Origin: an uncultured bacterium
GTDB taxonomy: Bacteria; Planctomycetota; UBA8108; UBA1146
Length of the DNA stretch: 64,000 nucleotides
Direction of reading: 5' to 3'
Assembly: GCA_938075155.1 (NCBI GenBank)
Contig: CALJGL010000038.1
Location: 36,767 to 100,766 of the forward strand
Shown: in pieces, positions 1 to 8,973 of the stretch
Position numbering within the stretch: position 1 is the first letter of the stretch
How the letters are laid out: every line of letters begins with the position of its first letter
Translations under genes and position numbers: made by a program
The notes under the pieces: model-generated
Told to the model about the DNA's origin: nothing
What the model saw: only the letters and a program-made list of their open reading frames with translations
The model's database searches: none

Positions 1-1439
1 GTGAGATTTACGGATTAGAAGTCGTCGAGATTCCGACGAACAAAATCGTCGCTCGTGATGACCAATCCGACATCGTTTATCGCACGACTCGCGAAAAATG
101 GAATGCTGTCGTCGATCGTATCGAAGAAGAGAATAAAATTGGTCGACCCATGCTGGTTGGAACCATTTCAATCGAGGACTCGGAGTCTGTTTCTGCGGCA
201 CTGACCCGCAGAGGGATTCCTCACAATGTACTCAATGCAAAACATCATCAGAGGGAAGCGGAGATCATTTCTGAAGCGGGTCTCATGAATAAAGTGACCA
301 TCGCTACAAATATGGCGGGTCGAGGCACTGATATCGTTCTGGGAGAAGGGGTCAATGAGGTGGGTGGCCTGATGGTCATCGGTTCCGAAAGACATGAATC
401 TCGCAGAATCGACAATCAGTTACGAGGCCGATGTGGTCGACAAGGAGATCCGGGAGCAACGCTATTCTTCCTGTCTTTGGAAGACGATTTGATGCGCTTG
501 TTTGCCAGTGATCGAGTTTCCGCAATGCTGAAAAGATTTGGAATGGAAGAGGGTGTGGATATTTCTCACCCGATGGTTTCACGATCGATTGAAAAAGCAC
601 AGAAAAAGGTAGAAGCCCGAAACTTTGAAATCAGAAAAAATCTGTTGGAGTATGACCAGGTGATGGACAGTCAGCGTAAAGCTGTCTACCAAATTCGTGA
701 TCGAGTTTTGGTCTCGGATAACCTCCTCGAATTGATCCGTGATCAGTTCGAAGAATCACTGACACAGTTCCATGCAGGATTACTTGAGATGGATGACCCC
801 GAGAAATCAGTGGAAAAAATGCTCTCAGAGCACGTTTCCCAGCGTTTCGGAGTGGAAGTGTCCGCCTCTGATCTCAAGGAGATGGGCGAGGATCATCTAC
901 TGGAAGGCATCACGGATCTTTGGACTTCTGTGGTGACGAGCAAGAGAGATCGTGCCGGTGATGGCGATTTTGATCGATTGTTGCATTACCTCTTACTCCG
1001 ATCCCTCGACGAGAAATGGAAAGAACATCTCCATGCGATGGATCAATTGAGGACAGGTGTGGGGATGCGTAGTTATGCGCAGGTTGATCCTAAACTGGAG
1101 TACAAGCGTGAGGGATTCCGCATGTTCTCTGGAATGCTGCATCAGTATAAAGAGGAAACCTCTTCTGTGATTTCTCGTATTCGTATTGAGAAAGTGGATG
1201 AATCGGCGCAGCAAGAGCAGTTGGAAAGCACCTGGAGTGGTCGCTCTGAAGGCGTTTCCGTCGATGCTGCACGTGAGCAATTTGAATCGCATTCGAAGAG
1301 AATGGATCAGGGAGTCTCGAGCTCACAATCCAAAGCTTCAGTTGAGACCATCCGAAATGACGACCCAAAGGTGGGTCGAAACGACGATTGCCCCTGTGGT
1401 AGTGGGAAAAAATACAAAAAGTGCCACGGGAAAACCTGA
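1..1439 (+). CDS. secA: Preprotein translocase ATPase SecA, 3' part (gene starts upstream of the window)
   Basis: Frame is open from nt 3 ([14 protein letters not shown]...). Motifs [37 protein letters not shown] and C-terminal SEC-C zinc motif [21 protein letters not shown]. Confidence 0.98.
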   Translation, partial: EIYGLEVVEIPTNKIVARDDQSDIVYRTTREKWNAVVDRIEEENKIGRPMLVGTISIEDSESVSAALTRRGIPHNVLNAKHHQREAEIISEAGLMNKVTIATNMAGRGTDIVLGEGVNEVGGLMVIGSERHESRRIDNQLRGRCGRQGDPGATLFFLSLEDDLMRLFASDRVSAMLKRFGMEEGVDISHPMVSRSIEKAQKKVEARNFEIRKNLLEYDQVMDSQRKAVYQIRDRVLVSDNLLELIRDQFEESLTQFHAGLLEMDDPEKSVEKMLSEHVSQRFGVEVSASDLKEMGEDHLLEGITDLWTSVVTSKRDRAGDGDFDRLLHYLLLRSLDEKWKEHLHAMDQLRTGVGMRSYAQVDPKLEYKREGFRMFSGMLHQYKEETSSVISRIRIEKVDESAQQEQLESTWSGRSEGVSVDAAREQFESHSKRMDQGVSSSQSKASVETIRNDDPKVGRNDDCPCGSGKKYKKCHGKT

Positions 1440-1490
1440 GCAGACTGATTCAGGTTTGCCAGCGTTCAAGTCCCCCGGAGGTCTTGTGAC

Positions 1491-2774
1491 ATGAGGACTG
1501 CACCGTTCACTTTATCTGGGGTGACCTTATGTCTGAGCATTCTGTTGGATGTTCTCATGATCCCGCTGCTCCTCATCGCTCTTCCTTGGCTACTCTTCAA
1601 AGTCGTCATAGAAGGAAGAGGCTTTGGGAGTCTGAGGGATCGAATCGGAAGAGCTCATATATCTCGGCCCTCTCGTCCCCGAATTTTGATCCATGCTGCG
1701 AGTGTGGGAGAAGTTCGAATGACAGTTCCATTACTCAGGGAACTGCGGGATAAGCATCCTGGCAAAGAGTTCATTGTCACAACAATGACGACGGGGGCTT
1801 ACGATCTTGCCCAGCGAATTCTACCGGAATGCCAGGTTCAACTGTTGCCATTGGACCTGGGTTTGTTCATGAATTCTTTTTTGTCTCGAATCCAACCTAC
1901 TGCAGTCATTTTGGTCGAGTTGGAATATTGGCCTCAGTTTCTATTAGCATGCAAAGCCAGATCGATTCCTGTTCTGGTCGTGAATGGCAGAATTTCAGAT
2001 AGAGGCCTGAAGCGTTGGCAGACATGGAATTGGGTTCTTGGCTGGATGGTGAGAATCCCTTCAAGAGTGTTGGCGAGAAGTGAAGAAGACGCCGATCGAT
2101 TTGTTCAGATTGGAACTCCTGCCGAGCGAGTAAGAATCACAGGCAATCTCAAGTATGACATGGCGAAATCTGAAGTGCCCCGACGCGGTTCGTCGTCGAA
2201 GGGGGGATTCACTTGGATGGCCGGTTGTACGCATCCCGGTGAAGAAGATGTGGTTCTCTCGGTTCACCGGGAATTACTTCAAGAGTTTCCCGACATTCAT
2301 CTCATCATTGCACCGCGACATATTGAGAGAAGTGAGGCTGTTCGGAAACAGGTCTCTGCTTCTGGATGGGTACCGATCTTCTCTTCTGGCCGCAATGTGA
2401 CCAAGGGTGACGAAGTCGTCATCGTGGACCAATTGGGAGTTCTCGACGAATTTTACGGGCAATCCGATGCGGCTTTTGTGGGTGGAAGCCTTGTTCAACG
2501 GGGCGGGCATAACCTCCTAGAACCAGTCCTTTCCGGGTGTTTCACCTGTCATGGCCCTCATGTCCAAAATTTCAGGGATATGGCGACACCCCTCGCAGAG
2601 ATGGGGGCTGTCCGTGAGGTTCAAGATAGGCAGGAGCTGCTAATGTGGCTCCAGAGGCGTATTCAGTGCCGTTCAGAGGGTCCATTAAGTCAGGGACTGA
2701 TTTCCCGGGTCAGGGAGAATCTTGGCGGAGCCGCCAAAAGGACAGTGAAAGATCTGACACCCTGGATCGATTGA
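1491..2774 (+). CDS. waaA: 3-deoxy-D-manno-octulosonic acid (Kdo) transferase
   Basis: N-terminal TM helix; IHAASVGEV, LVELEYWP, NGRISDR, ITGNLKYD, IIAPRHIER, FVGGSLVQRGGHNLLEP motifs of GT30. Confidence 0.95.
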   Translation: MRTAPFTLSGVTLCLSILLDVLMIPLLLIALPWLLFKVVIEGRGFGSLRDRIGRAHISRPSRPRILIHAASVGEVRMTVPLLRELRDKHPGKEFIVTTMTTGAYDLAQRILPECQVQLLPLDLGLFMNSFLSRIQPTAVILVELEYWPQFLLACKARSIPVLVVNGRISDRGLKRWQTWNWVLGWMVRIPSRVLARSEEDADRFVQIGTPAERVRITGNLKYDMAKSEVPRRGSSSKGGFTWMAGCTHPGEEDVVLSVHRELLQEFPDIHLIIAPRHIERSEAVRKQVSASGWVPIFSSGRNVTKGDEVVIVDQLGVLDEFYGQSDAAFVGGSLVQRGGHNLLEPVLSGCFTCHGPHVQNFRDMATPLAEMGAVREVQDRQELLMWLQRRIQCRSEGPLSQGLISRVRENLGGAAKRTVKDLTPWID

Positions 2775-2841
2775 CCCGGAGTTGGTTGGCGAAGGGCCCA
2801 TCAGTGGCTAGATTAATCCGATTCACATGAAACAAATGACC

Positions 2842-2871
2842 GTGGCCCAAGGGGTATAGCCTTGAGGCCAC
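2842..2871 (+). promoter_or_regulatory. Stem-loop in metK leader just upstream of the RBS
   Basis: GTGGCC-CAAGG-(GGTATAG)-CCTTG-A-GGCCAC: 11 bp with one bulge, ending 16 nt before the ATG, with RBS-like GGAAGGAA in between. Function unknown. Confidence 0.35.
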
Positions 2872-2887
2872 CGCAGGAAGGAAACCG

Positions 2888-4048
2888 ATGCTCATCGAGA
2901 ATGCTTTCTTTACCTCCGAGTCGGTGTCCGTCGGACATCCGGACAAGATGGCTGACCAGATTTCCGATGCTGTCCTCGACGCATACCTCGCCGGAGATCC
3001 CCAGAGTCGGGTGGCTTGTGAAACGATGGTGACCACGGGATTAGTGGTCGTTGCTGGAGAAGTAACGAGTAACACCGTTGTTGATATTCCCGCCTTAGTT
3101 AGAAAAACAGTCCGAGAGATCGGATACACCGATTCCGCTATGGGATTCGATGCGGAAACCTGTTCGGTGATGGTGTCTCTGGATAAACAGAGCCCGGATA
3201 TTGCGATGGGTGTCGATCGAGAGGGAGCCGGTGACCAGGGCTTAATGTTCGGGTACGCCTGCGATGAAACTCCTGAGTTGATGCCGATGTCGATCAGCCT
3301 CTCCCACAAGTTGGTGGCTGAACACAAAAGGTTGAGAGATGCCGGAGAAGCTCCGTTCCTCAGACCGGATGCAAAGAGTCAGGTTACAGTCGAGTATGTT
3401 GATGGAAAGCCAGCGCGGATTGACGCAGTTGTGTTCTCTTCTCAACACTCAGACGATGTTTCCAATGAAGATCTGCATGCCTTTGTCAAGGAAAGCATCA
3501 TTCAAGCCGTCATTCCTTCGCAGCTTCTTGATGAAAAGACGAACTACTACATCAATCCAACGGGGCGATTTGTTGTGGGTGGTCCTCAAGGTGACTGCGG
3601 CCTCACAGGAAGAAAAATCATCGTTGATACCTACGGTGGAATGGGGCGACATGGAGGAGGAGCCTTCAGTGGCAAGGACCCTTCAAAAGTGGATCGCTCA
3701 GCATGCTACATGGCCCGATTCGTGGCTAAGAATATCGTAGCCGCAGGATTGGCTCGTCGCTGTGAAGTTCAATTGGCCTATGCCATTGGAGTTGTTGAGC
3801 CGATGTCAGTTCTTGTCGATACCTTTGGAACGGGCACAGTTTCGGGTGCTGAATTGCAGAAATTAGTGAGGGAAGTTTTCGATCTGACTCCTGCTGGAAT
3901 CATTTCAAGCCTCGATCTTCGCCGCCCTATCTATGGTCCCACTGCGGCCCATGGACATTTCGGACGCGAAGAGGGCGGATTCCCATGGGAAGAAGTTTCT
4001 AAAGTCGAGGCTCTCAAGTCTCTTGCCGAAGGCGTCGCTGGAGCCTAG
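2888..4048 (+). CDS. metK: S-adenosylmethionine synthetase
   Basis: [59 protein letters not shown] signatures. Confidence 0.99.
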   Translation: MLIENAFFTSESVSVGHPDKMADQISDAVLDAYLAGDPQSRVACETMVTTGLVVVAGEVTSNTVVDIPALVRKTVREIGYTDSAMGFDAETCSVMVSLDKQSPDIAMGVDREGAGDQGLMFGYACDETPELMPMSISLSHKLVAEHKRLRDAGEAPFLRPDAKSQVTVEYVDGKPARIDAVVFSSQHSDDVSNEDLHAFVKESIIQAVIPSQLLDEKTNYYINPTGRFVVGGPQGDCGLTGRKIIVDTYGGMGRHGGGAFSGKDPSKVDRSACYMARFVAKNIVAAGLARRCEVQLAYAIGVVEPMSVLVDTFGTGTVSGAELQKLVREVFDLTPAGIISSLDLRRPIYGPTAAHGHFGREEGGFPWEEVSKVEALKSLAEGVAGA

Positions 4049-4887
4049 GCCAAACCCATATCAGAGACATCGTCCTCATCGAGGCCGAGGTGGTGACCGA
4101 TCTCGTGGAGCAAGGTGATACGCACTTGCTCCACGAGATCTTTTGCATCTCGGGACATGCGCTCAAGGTTTCTTCGATAGATTCGAATAGATGAAGCGGT
4201 TGGCATTCCTTCTGACGAAGAGAATCCGCCAAGGTGGCGGTTAGGCATGCCGTCTCCGAAGTACAAGCCCAGTGTGTCAGGACTGATTTGACCTCGGGAC
4301 TCTTGAATCAGAATCAGTTCCGGAAGATTCTCAAGAATCACTGGGACTTCTTCCATTTGTTTGCGAATAGGGTCAGGGAGTTCTTCAAGAACATGCGCGA
4401 TCAATTCATGAGCTTCGTCCGCACTGATCACTGGAACAGCAGGATTTCCTGTGGGATCCAATTCGGTCGCTCGCTTGAAGTGTTCGTCAGCTGTTTCGGA
4501 GTCACCCATGTGGTCACGACAAAGACCGAGGAAAAATTCTCGATCGGCAGATTCTAATTCGTCTGCGGGGTCGAGGCTTAACGACAGAACGAGAGCGCCC
4601 TGAGGATCTCCAGTCAAGAATCGTGCCTCTGAAAGACGATGTTGCAAAATCCGTATCAACTCTTCGTCAGAGCCCGGGGCGGAGCTACCGAGAGAATCTA
4701 GGTCGGTGAGTATCTTCAGAGCATCTGCTGGTAGACCCACTTCGATATAAGCAGTTGCAATAAGAAGGCGACCATCCATGTCATCAACTTTTGATTCGAG
4801 ACTGCGGGCGAGTTCGAGGCAACGGTCGAAGTCGAACTCTTGAAGAGAATCCTTGAGTTGAAACAGGAGCGGGTCTGGTTCTGTCAT
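4045..4887 (-). CDS. Zincin_1-type (minimal zincin) metallopeptidase with N-terminal TPR-like helical region
   Basis: C-terminal LGLYFG...IRIYRRNL...[19 protein letters not shown] typical of Zincin_1; N-terminal helical repeat-like region. ATG 4887 chosen just after the upstream stop (ORF track starts at 4932). Confidence 0.8.
   Translation of the reverse strand: MTEPDPLLFQLKDSLQEFDFDRCLELARSLESKVDDMDGRLLIATAYIEVGLPADALKILTDLDSLGSSAPGSDEELIRILQHRLSEARFLTGDPQGALVLSLSLDPADELESADREFFLGLCRDHMGDSETADEHFKRATELDPTGNPAVPVISADEAHELIAHVLEELPDPIRKQMEEVPVILENLPELILIQESRGQISPDTLGLYFGDGMPNRHLGGFSSSEGMPTASSIRIYRRNLERMSRDAKDLVEQVRITLLHEIGHHLGLDEDDVSDMGLA
4099..4144 (+). terminator. Probable intrinsic terminator of the waaA-metK transcript, embedded in the convergent zincin CDS
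   Basis: Perfect 16-bp inverted repeat GATCTCGTGGAGCAAG (4099-4114) / CTTGCTCCACGAGATC (4125-4140) followed by TTTT, about 50 nt after the metK stop. Confidence 0.6.
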
Positions 4888-4892
4888 GGTAT

Positions 4893-5576
4893 TTAAAATT
4901 CTTTCAGCCATTGGGCCAGTATTGAAACGCAATGATCACCGATTGCGTGTTTCTCATCATGCCATTCAATTGTGGGTTTCGCCCCTGCTGTAGTGAGGAT
5001 TTCCGCTGATTTTACGACCGGTTCTGCTGCAGTCAGGCGGTCTGCTTTATCGTGAAGAAAGAGAATCTTGGGAAGGTGCCCCAGAGTGAGTTCCTTTTCC
5101 AGAAATTCATGTTTGAGTCTTGCAGATGCGATGCAGCAGGATTGGAAAATATCAGGGTGTCGGCAGGCGATGTAGCCTGCGAGATAGCCACCCTGACTGA
5201 ATCCGAGTAGATGAAGAGGTACGTCAGGGATCGTCGAATCTAGAGTGATGGCTTCCACCAGTCGGAGGAGGTCTTCTTCTGACCTATCGAGAGAGAGGCG
5301 GAAATCGGGTTGATCGCCAGTGTATATGTACCAGGCATGGCCCTGACGAGGTCCAGATTTACCTCGGATTTCCACGGGGTATGGACCTGACGGAAGAATC
5401 AGCCCGATTCCGTGTTGGCTGAGCTGCTGCAACTTTCGGCCAAGATAATCGCCATCCTGGCCCATACCATGAAGTCCCATGAGTATTAATTTGGGCTCTC
5501 CTTCAGGGGGAATCCATGTCCATGGGACTTGCAACTCGAAGAGCCGCGAATGATGCACCGGGTTCAACGAATCCAA
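4893..5576 (-). CDS. Alpha/beta hydrolase (phospholipase/carboxylesterase family)
   Basis: LHGMG oxyanion motif, nucleophile elbow LGFSQGG, Asp (HDKAD) and His (KHAI) positions of the catalytic triad. Confidence 0.85.
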   Translation of the reverse strand: MDSLNPVHHSRLFELQVPWTWIPPEGEPKLILMGLHGMGQDGDYLGRKLQQLSQHGIGLILPSGPYPVEIRGKSGPRQGHAWYIYTGDQPDFRLSLDRSEEDLLRLVEAITLDSTIPDVPLHLLGFSQGGYLAGYIACRHPDIFQSCCIASARLKHEFLEKELTLGHLPKILFLHDKADRLTAAEPVVKSAEILTTAGAKPTIEWHDEKHAIGDHCVSILAQWLKEF

Positions 5577-5694
5577 CCTCTCTTGATGTGAAGTACTTTA
5601 GCCATGACATTAGGATATCCGTAACAGGGTCATGATTCAGTCTCAAATCAAAATGACCTTTAGTGGATAGAATTCACAGGATGGATATCAAACT

Positions 5695-6354
5695 ATGACT
5701 ATGCAAGATTCAAAAAATTCTTCTCCCGGACTGGGAGATTCAGCACCTGACTTTGAAGCTCAAACGACACACGGCATGATTCGTTTTTCTGAGTGGCAGG
5801 CGGGGCGTTGGGTCATACTCTTCTCACATCCTGCGGATTTTACGCCAGTGTGCACCACAGAGTTTGTCGAGTTTTGCCATTGTTCTGAGTTCATGAAAGA
5901 GCGAGATGTGGCATTGCTCGGCTGTTCTGTAGATAGCATCTATTCTCATATCGCGTGGATCAGGGATATCGAATCGAAGTTCTCTGTAGACGTGGACTTT
6001 CCTGTGATTGCCGATTTGGATCAAGCAGTTTCAAGGAAGTATGGAATGATATCTGAGCCGACTTCGCAGACTGCTCCAGTGAGGTCTGTCTTCTTTATCG
6101 ATGGCGAAGGAACAGTGAGAGCTGTCATTAGTTATCCTCCTGAAGTCGGAAGATCCTTCTCTGAAATCAAGCGAGTGATAGAAGCCCTGCAAGTGGTTGA
6201 TCGTCATGGGGTTTCATGTCCTGCAAATTGGACTAAGGGTGAGGCTGTTATCGTTCCGCCTCCAAAAACAACAGCTGATGCCAAACAAAGATCACAGGAT
6301 GAAGAGCTTGAATCTAAAGATTGGTACCTTTCGCAAAAAAAAATCGAGGACTAG
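5695..6354 (+). CDS. Peroxiredoxin (Prx6 / 1-Cys-like family)
   Basis: LFSHPADFTPVCTTEF active-site motif, FPVIAD, VRSVFFID, GRSFSEIKR, CPANW. Confidence 0.93.
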   Translation: MTMQDSKNSSPGLGDSAPDFEAQTTHGMIRFSEWQAGRWVILFSHPADFTPVCTTEFVEFCHCSEFMKERDVALLGCSVDSIYSHIAWIRDIESKFSVDVDFPVIADLDQAVSRKYGMISEPTSQTAPVRSVFFIDGEGTVRAVISYPPEVGRSFSEIKRVIEALQVVDRHGVSCPANWTKGEAVIVPPPKTTADAKQRSQDEELESKDWYLSQKKIED

Positions 6355-6374
6355 CGAAAGTCGCCAGTCCTCGA
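6335..6374 (-). terminator. Intrinsic terminator closing the cohesin/dockerin cluster
   Basis: On the minus strand TCGAGGACT-GGCGACTTTCGCT-AGTCCTCGA (9-bp outer stem plus inner 4-bp stem) followed by T9; lies 30 nt past the stop of 6404-7231 and overlaps the Prx 3' end. Confidence 0.75.
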
Positions 6375-6403
6375 AACAAGATTTAGTTTTATGAGAATCG
6401 TGC

Positions 6404-7231
6404 TCAGGGGCAGCTGTTGTAGTTCGAACAACCCAGTCCACCGGATCCCAGAGGGTCGCCGCCGCAGCTGGGATAAGGAGAAGCGGGAGCTGTTCCGTTT
6501 ACGAACTGGTAGTTGATCAGGAAAATGGCATCACCAATATCAATTTTAAGATCGGTATTCGCATCTGCACTCGAGTTGCAATCGGGAAGTGCTCCATCTG
6601 AGAAGAAGTAGCTGATCAAAAAGATGGCGTCTGCAAGGTTTTCTACCCCATCAGAGTTGGCGTCGCCTCGAATGAAGGGGACTGAATCGTTAAAGCACAC
6701 TTCGCCATGGCTCAACTCCGGTAAATCGCTGATGCCATCGATCGTCAAGATGTTATTAATCGGAGGCTGGCCAAATCCATTGACCAATTCAATAGCACTG
6801 CAAGAACCTACCAGAGCATTATCAGCAACACTGAGAAGTTTGAATTTGACGATGGAATTACCGCTACTGGGTTCGAGTGTCTGGCCCGTGAATGGCGGGC
6901 TGAAATCGAATATAGCTGCACAAGCGGCCCAGCCTGTTCCAAGGATGATTTCAGCGTTATCAGTATAGGTGAAGAACTCAATGGAATTCGGTGACAGGAT
7001 CTGCTCGATGTCGGTTCCATCAGTACTTGTGTCTGAAAAACTGAAGAGTGTTGAGTCCCAGGTGATTGCACACTGGAAACCCTGCACAGGGGACTGATTC
7101 TCCAGGCGAACAATGACGTCGACTGATGATCCAGGAATCGTAGAAGCCGATTCGAGAGAAAAGTGGTTTTGTCCCTGAACGGTCATGGACAGATTTGCCA
7201 TGACAAGGACAAAGAAAATTGCTAGGCGCAT
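6404..7231 (-). CDS. Secreted protein: 1 cohesin-like module + C-terminal dockerin
   Basis: Signal peptide MRLAIFFVLVMANLSMTVQG; beta-sandwich GSSVDVIVRLENQSPVQGFQCAITWD; two Ca-binding loops RGDANSDGVENLAD and DANTDLKIDIGD; RBS GAGGAGG before ATG 7231. Confidence 0.8.
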   Translation of the reverse strand: MRLAIFFVLVMANLSMTVQGQNHFSLESASTIPGSSVDVIVRLENQSPVQGFQCAITWDSTLFSFSDTSTDGTDIEQILSPNSIEFFTYTDNAEIILGTGWAACAAIFDFSPPFTGQTLEPSSGNSIVKFKLLSVADNALVGSCSAIELVNGFGQPPINNILTIDGISDLPELSHGEVCFNDSVPFIRGDANSDGVENLADAIFLISYFFSDGALPDCNSSADANTDLKIDIGDAIFLINYQFVNGTAPASPYPSCGGDPLGSGGLGCSNYNSCP

Positions 7232-7253
7232 GAGGTGCCTCCTCAAGGGGATG

Positions 7254-7283
7254 GGGGATTCCGGCCGGTATTGGGGATTCCGG
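7254..7283. repeat. Intergenic direct repeat GGGGATTCCGG x2
   Basis: Identical 11-mers at 7254-7264 and 7273-7283, just upstream of the RBS of gene 6404-7231. Confidence 0.5.
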
Positions 7284-7327
7284 AAAACTATTCTGAATGT
7301 CTTCTAAAAAAGTGGCGACTGATGAAA

Positions 7328-8713
7328 TCAGCAACCGCTAGGAAGTATGCAATCAAGATTATCGTCAGTGTTGTCGGGCCCACAGTTGATGGGGCCTGGG
7401 AACGCCGGAGGCGGACCACTGACGAACAGGAAGTTCAGCAGGGAGATCGAGTCCGAAATGTCGATGGACCCGTCGTCGTTGATGTCTGCTGCGTCTTCAC
7501 AAGTTGGAAATCCTCCACCGGAGAACAAGTAGTTCACGATGAAAAGAGCATCTGCTAAATCCACATTACTGTCTCCGTTTGTGTTTCCTCGTTTGAAGCC
7601 CAACACATCCGAGAACTCGATGATTCCGTGTTCGAGAATGGGTGTTATGGACATTCCATCGTAGATGACGTAGTTCAAAGCTGCGCCAGGAACACAGTTA
7701 GGGTTCGTAGTAGGACATGATGGCAGATTGTATGAGTTATCGAGAGTGAGAATCGTCGTTGAGCCCAATGGGGCAGAAGACGAACTCGAAAACTCCAACT
7801 GAATCAATGATTGACCATCCCCTGCAGGTAAAACCTGTCCACCAAATGGGGGAAGGAAATCAAAGATGGCTGCAAAAGTTACGAGCCCTACGCCGGGTTC
7901 TACATTTGGATCCAAAGCAGGGTAAAACAGCTCAATGCCGTTCGGTGCTCCTGGGCCTCCAGGGAAAAAAGAATCCGTCGACAAGTTTTCGTAATAACCA
8001 GCCTGCGTTGAAGGCTCGATATGAGTCAGTATCGTATTGTCATAAGTGATGGCGATTTGGTAACCCTGAATAGGATCGATGTGGTCGTATCTCAGAGTTG
8101 CATTCACAGTTCCACCTGGGTTTGCCAGTATGGAGTCAAACCAAAACGTATGTTGATTATTGATGGTGATTATTCCGGAGTCTAATTCCGGCACTATGGA
8201 AAAACCTCCCGAAGAGAGAAGGTTTTGAATCTGAGGGTCGCCAAGGCCGTTCTTAAATTCAATGGGCAAAGATTCAGGGAGTGAATTATTGTTGATGCTG
8301 AATACCATCCTCAAGATTGTTTGCGGGATGTTCGGTGACGAAGGAAGTGAAGCAGGAGATTGGGAAATGCTTCCAAAACTCAAGATAACTCCGGCAGTCA
8401 TTTGGCCGTTTACCGGATCGATCTCGATTCCTGCAAAGTCTGGGTCCGCTCCGGACAACAGTTCTTTGACATCCGTATTCAAGAAATCGACGGCGGTTAA
8501 AAATACTGAAGAGTTGGGGTATTCAATACTGAGGGAAAATCCTTCAATAGGATTATTGTTCGTCGCAGATATGTAGCACTCGATACCCGTTTCACCGGCG
8601 TTCCCATTCACGTTTGCAATGAATAGATTATCTGATGCCATGGAGGTTCCGCTAAAGAGCAATGACATGGCAATGATTAAGCCTGCGATGACTTGTAGTC
8701 GTCTTGCTTTCAT
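7328..8713 (-). CDS. Secreted scaffoldin-like protein: 2 cohesin-like modules + C-terminal dockerin
   Basis: Signal peptide MKARRLQVIAGLIIAMSLLFSGTSMA; repeats PIEGFSLSIEYP and PIQGYQIAITYD; dockerin RGNTNGDSNVDLAD...DINDDGSIDISD; RBS GAGGAG before ATG 8713. Confidence 0.8.
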   Translation of the reverse strand: MKARRLQVIAGLIIAMSLLFSGTSMASDNLFIANVNGNAGETGIECYISATNNNPIEGFSLSIEYPNSSVFLTAVDFLNTDVKELLSGADPDFAGIEIDPVNGQMTAGVILSFGSISQSPASLPSSPNIPQTILRMVFSINNNSLPESLPIEFKNGLGDPQIQNLLSSGGFSIVPELDSGIITINNQHTFWFDSILANPGGTVNATLRYDHIDPIQGYQIAITYDNTILTHIEPSTQAGYYENLSTDSFFPGGPGAPNGIELFYPALDPNVEPGVGLVTFAAIFDFLPPFGGQVLPAGDGQSLIQLEFSSSSSAPLGSTTILTLDNSYNLPSCPTTNPNCVPGAALNYVIYDGMSITPILEHGIIEFSDVLGFKRGNTNGDSNVDLADALFIVNYLFSGGGFPTCEDAADINDDGSIDISDSISLLNFLFVSGPPPAFPGPINCGPDNTDDNLDCILPSGC

Positions 8714-8903
8714 ATTATGGAGCTCCTCATGTTTAAAGGTTCGGAACGGTTCTGAATTAGGGGCGTCAGATACCGCTAGATGGACTGAGACTTCGTACAG
8801 TCCCATTCATTCATTAGTTCCCATATTACCACCGGGGAGTGACCCATCCACCATCAGGGTGAATCCTTGCGGGTCCATGATTTGCCTTGCTTCATAATCC
8901 GGC

Positions 8904-8939
8904 AAAAATTGGACCCTGGAAGATGGCTCTTCCAGGGTC
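8904..8939 (-). terminator. Strong stem-loop (terminator or transcript stabiliser) inside the scaffoldin cluster
   Basis: Perfect 12-bp stem GACCCTGGAAGA / TCTTCCAGGGTC with 4-nt loop, followed on the minus strand by CAATTTTT. Confidence 0.7.
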
Positions 8940-8973
8940 ATAACTCAACACGAGCATTGATATCTATTGATTC

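Noticed and set aside
2775-2887. Known SAM riboswitch upstream of metK
   Set aside because: No conserved core of SAM-I to -VI or SAM/SAH recognisable by eye; kept only as an unexplained hairpin.
6335-6343. A9 run as a phase-variation or frameshift site in the peroxiredoxin
   Set aside because: It lies in the last codons of an intact gene and is explained as the U-tract of the opposite-strand terminator.
6404-6690. Calmodulin-type EF-hand proteins
   Set aside because: The Ca loops lack the preceding E helix and come as a C-terminal duplicated pair starting with RGD-x-N, the dockerin (F-hand) pattern.
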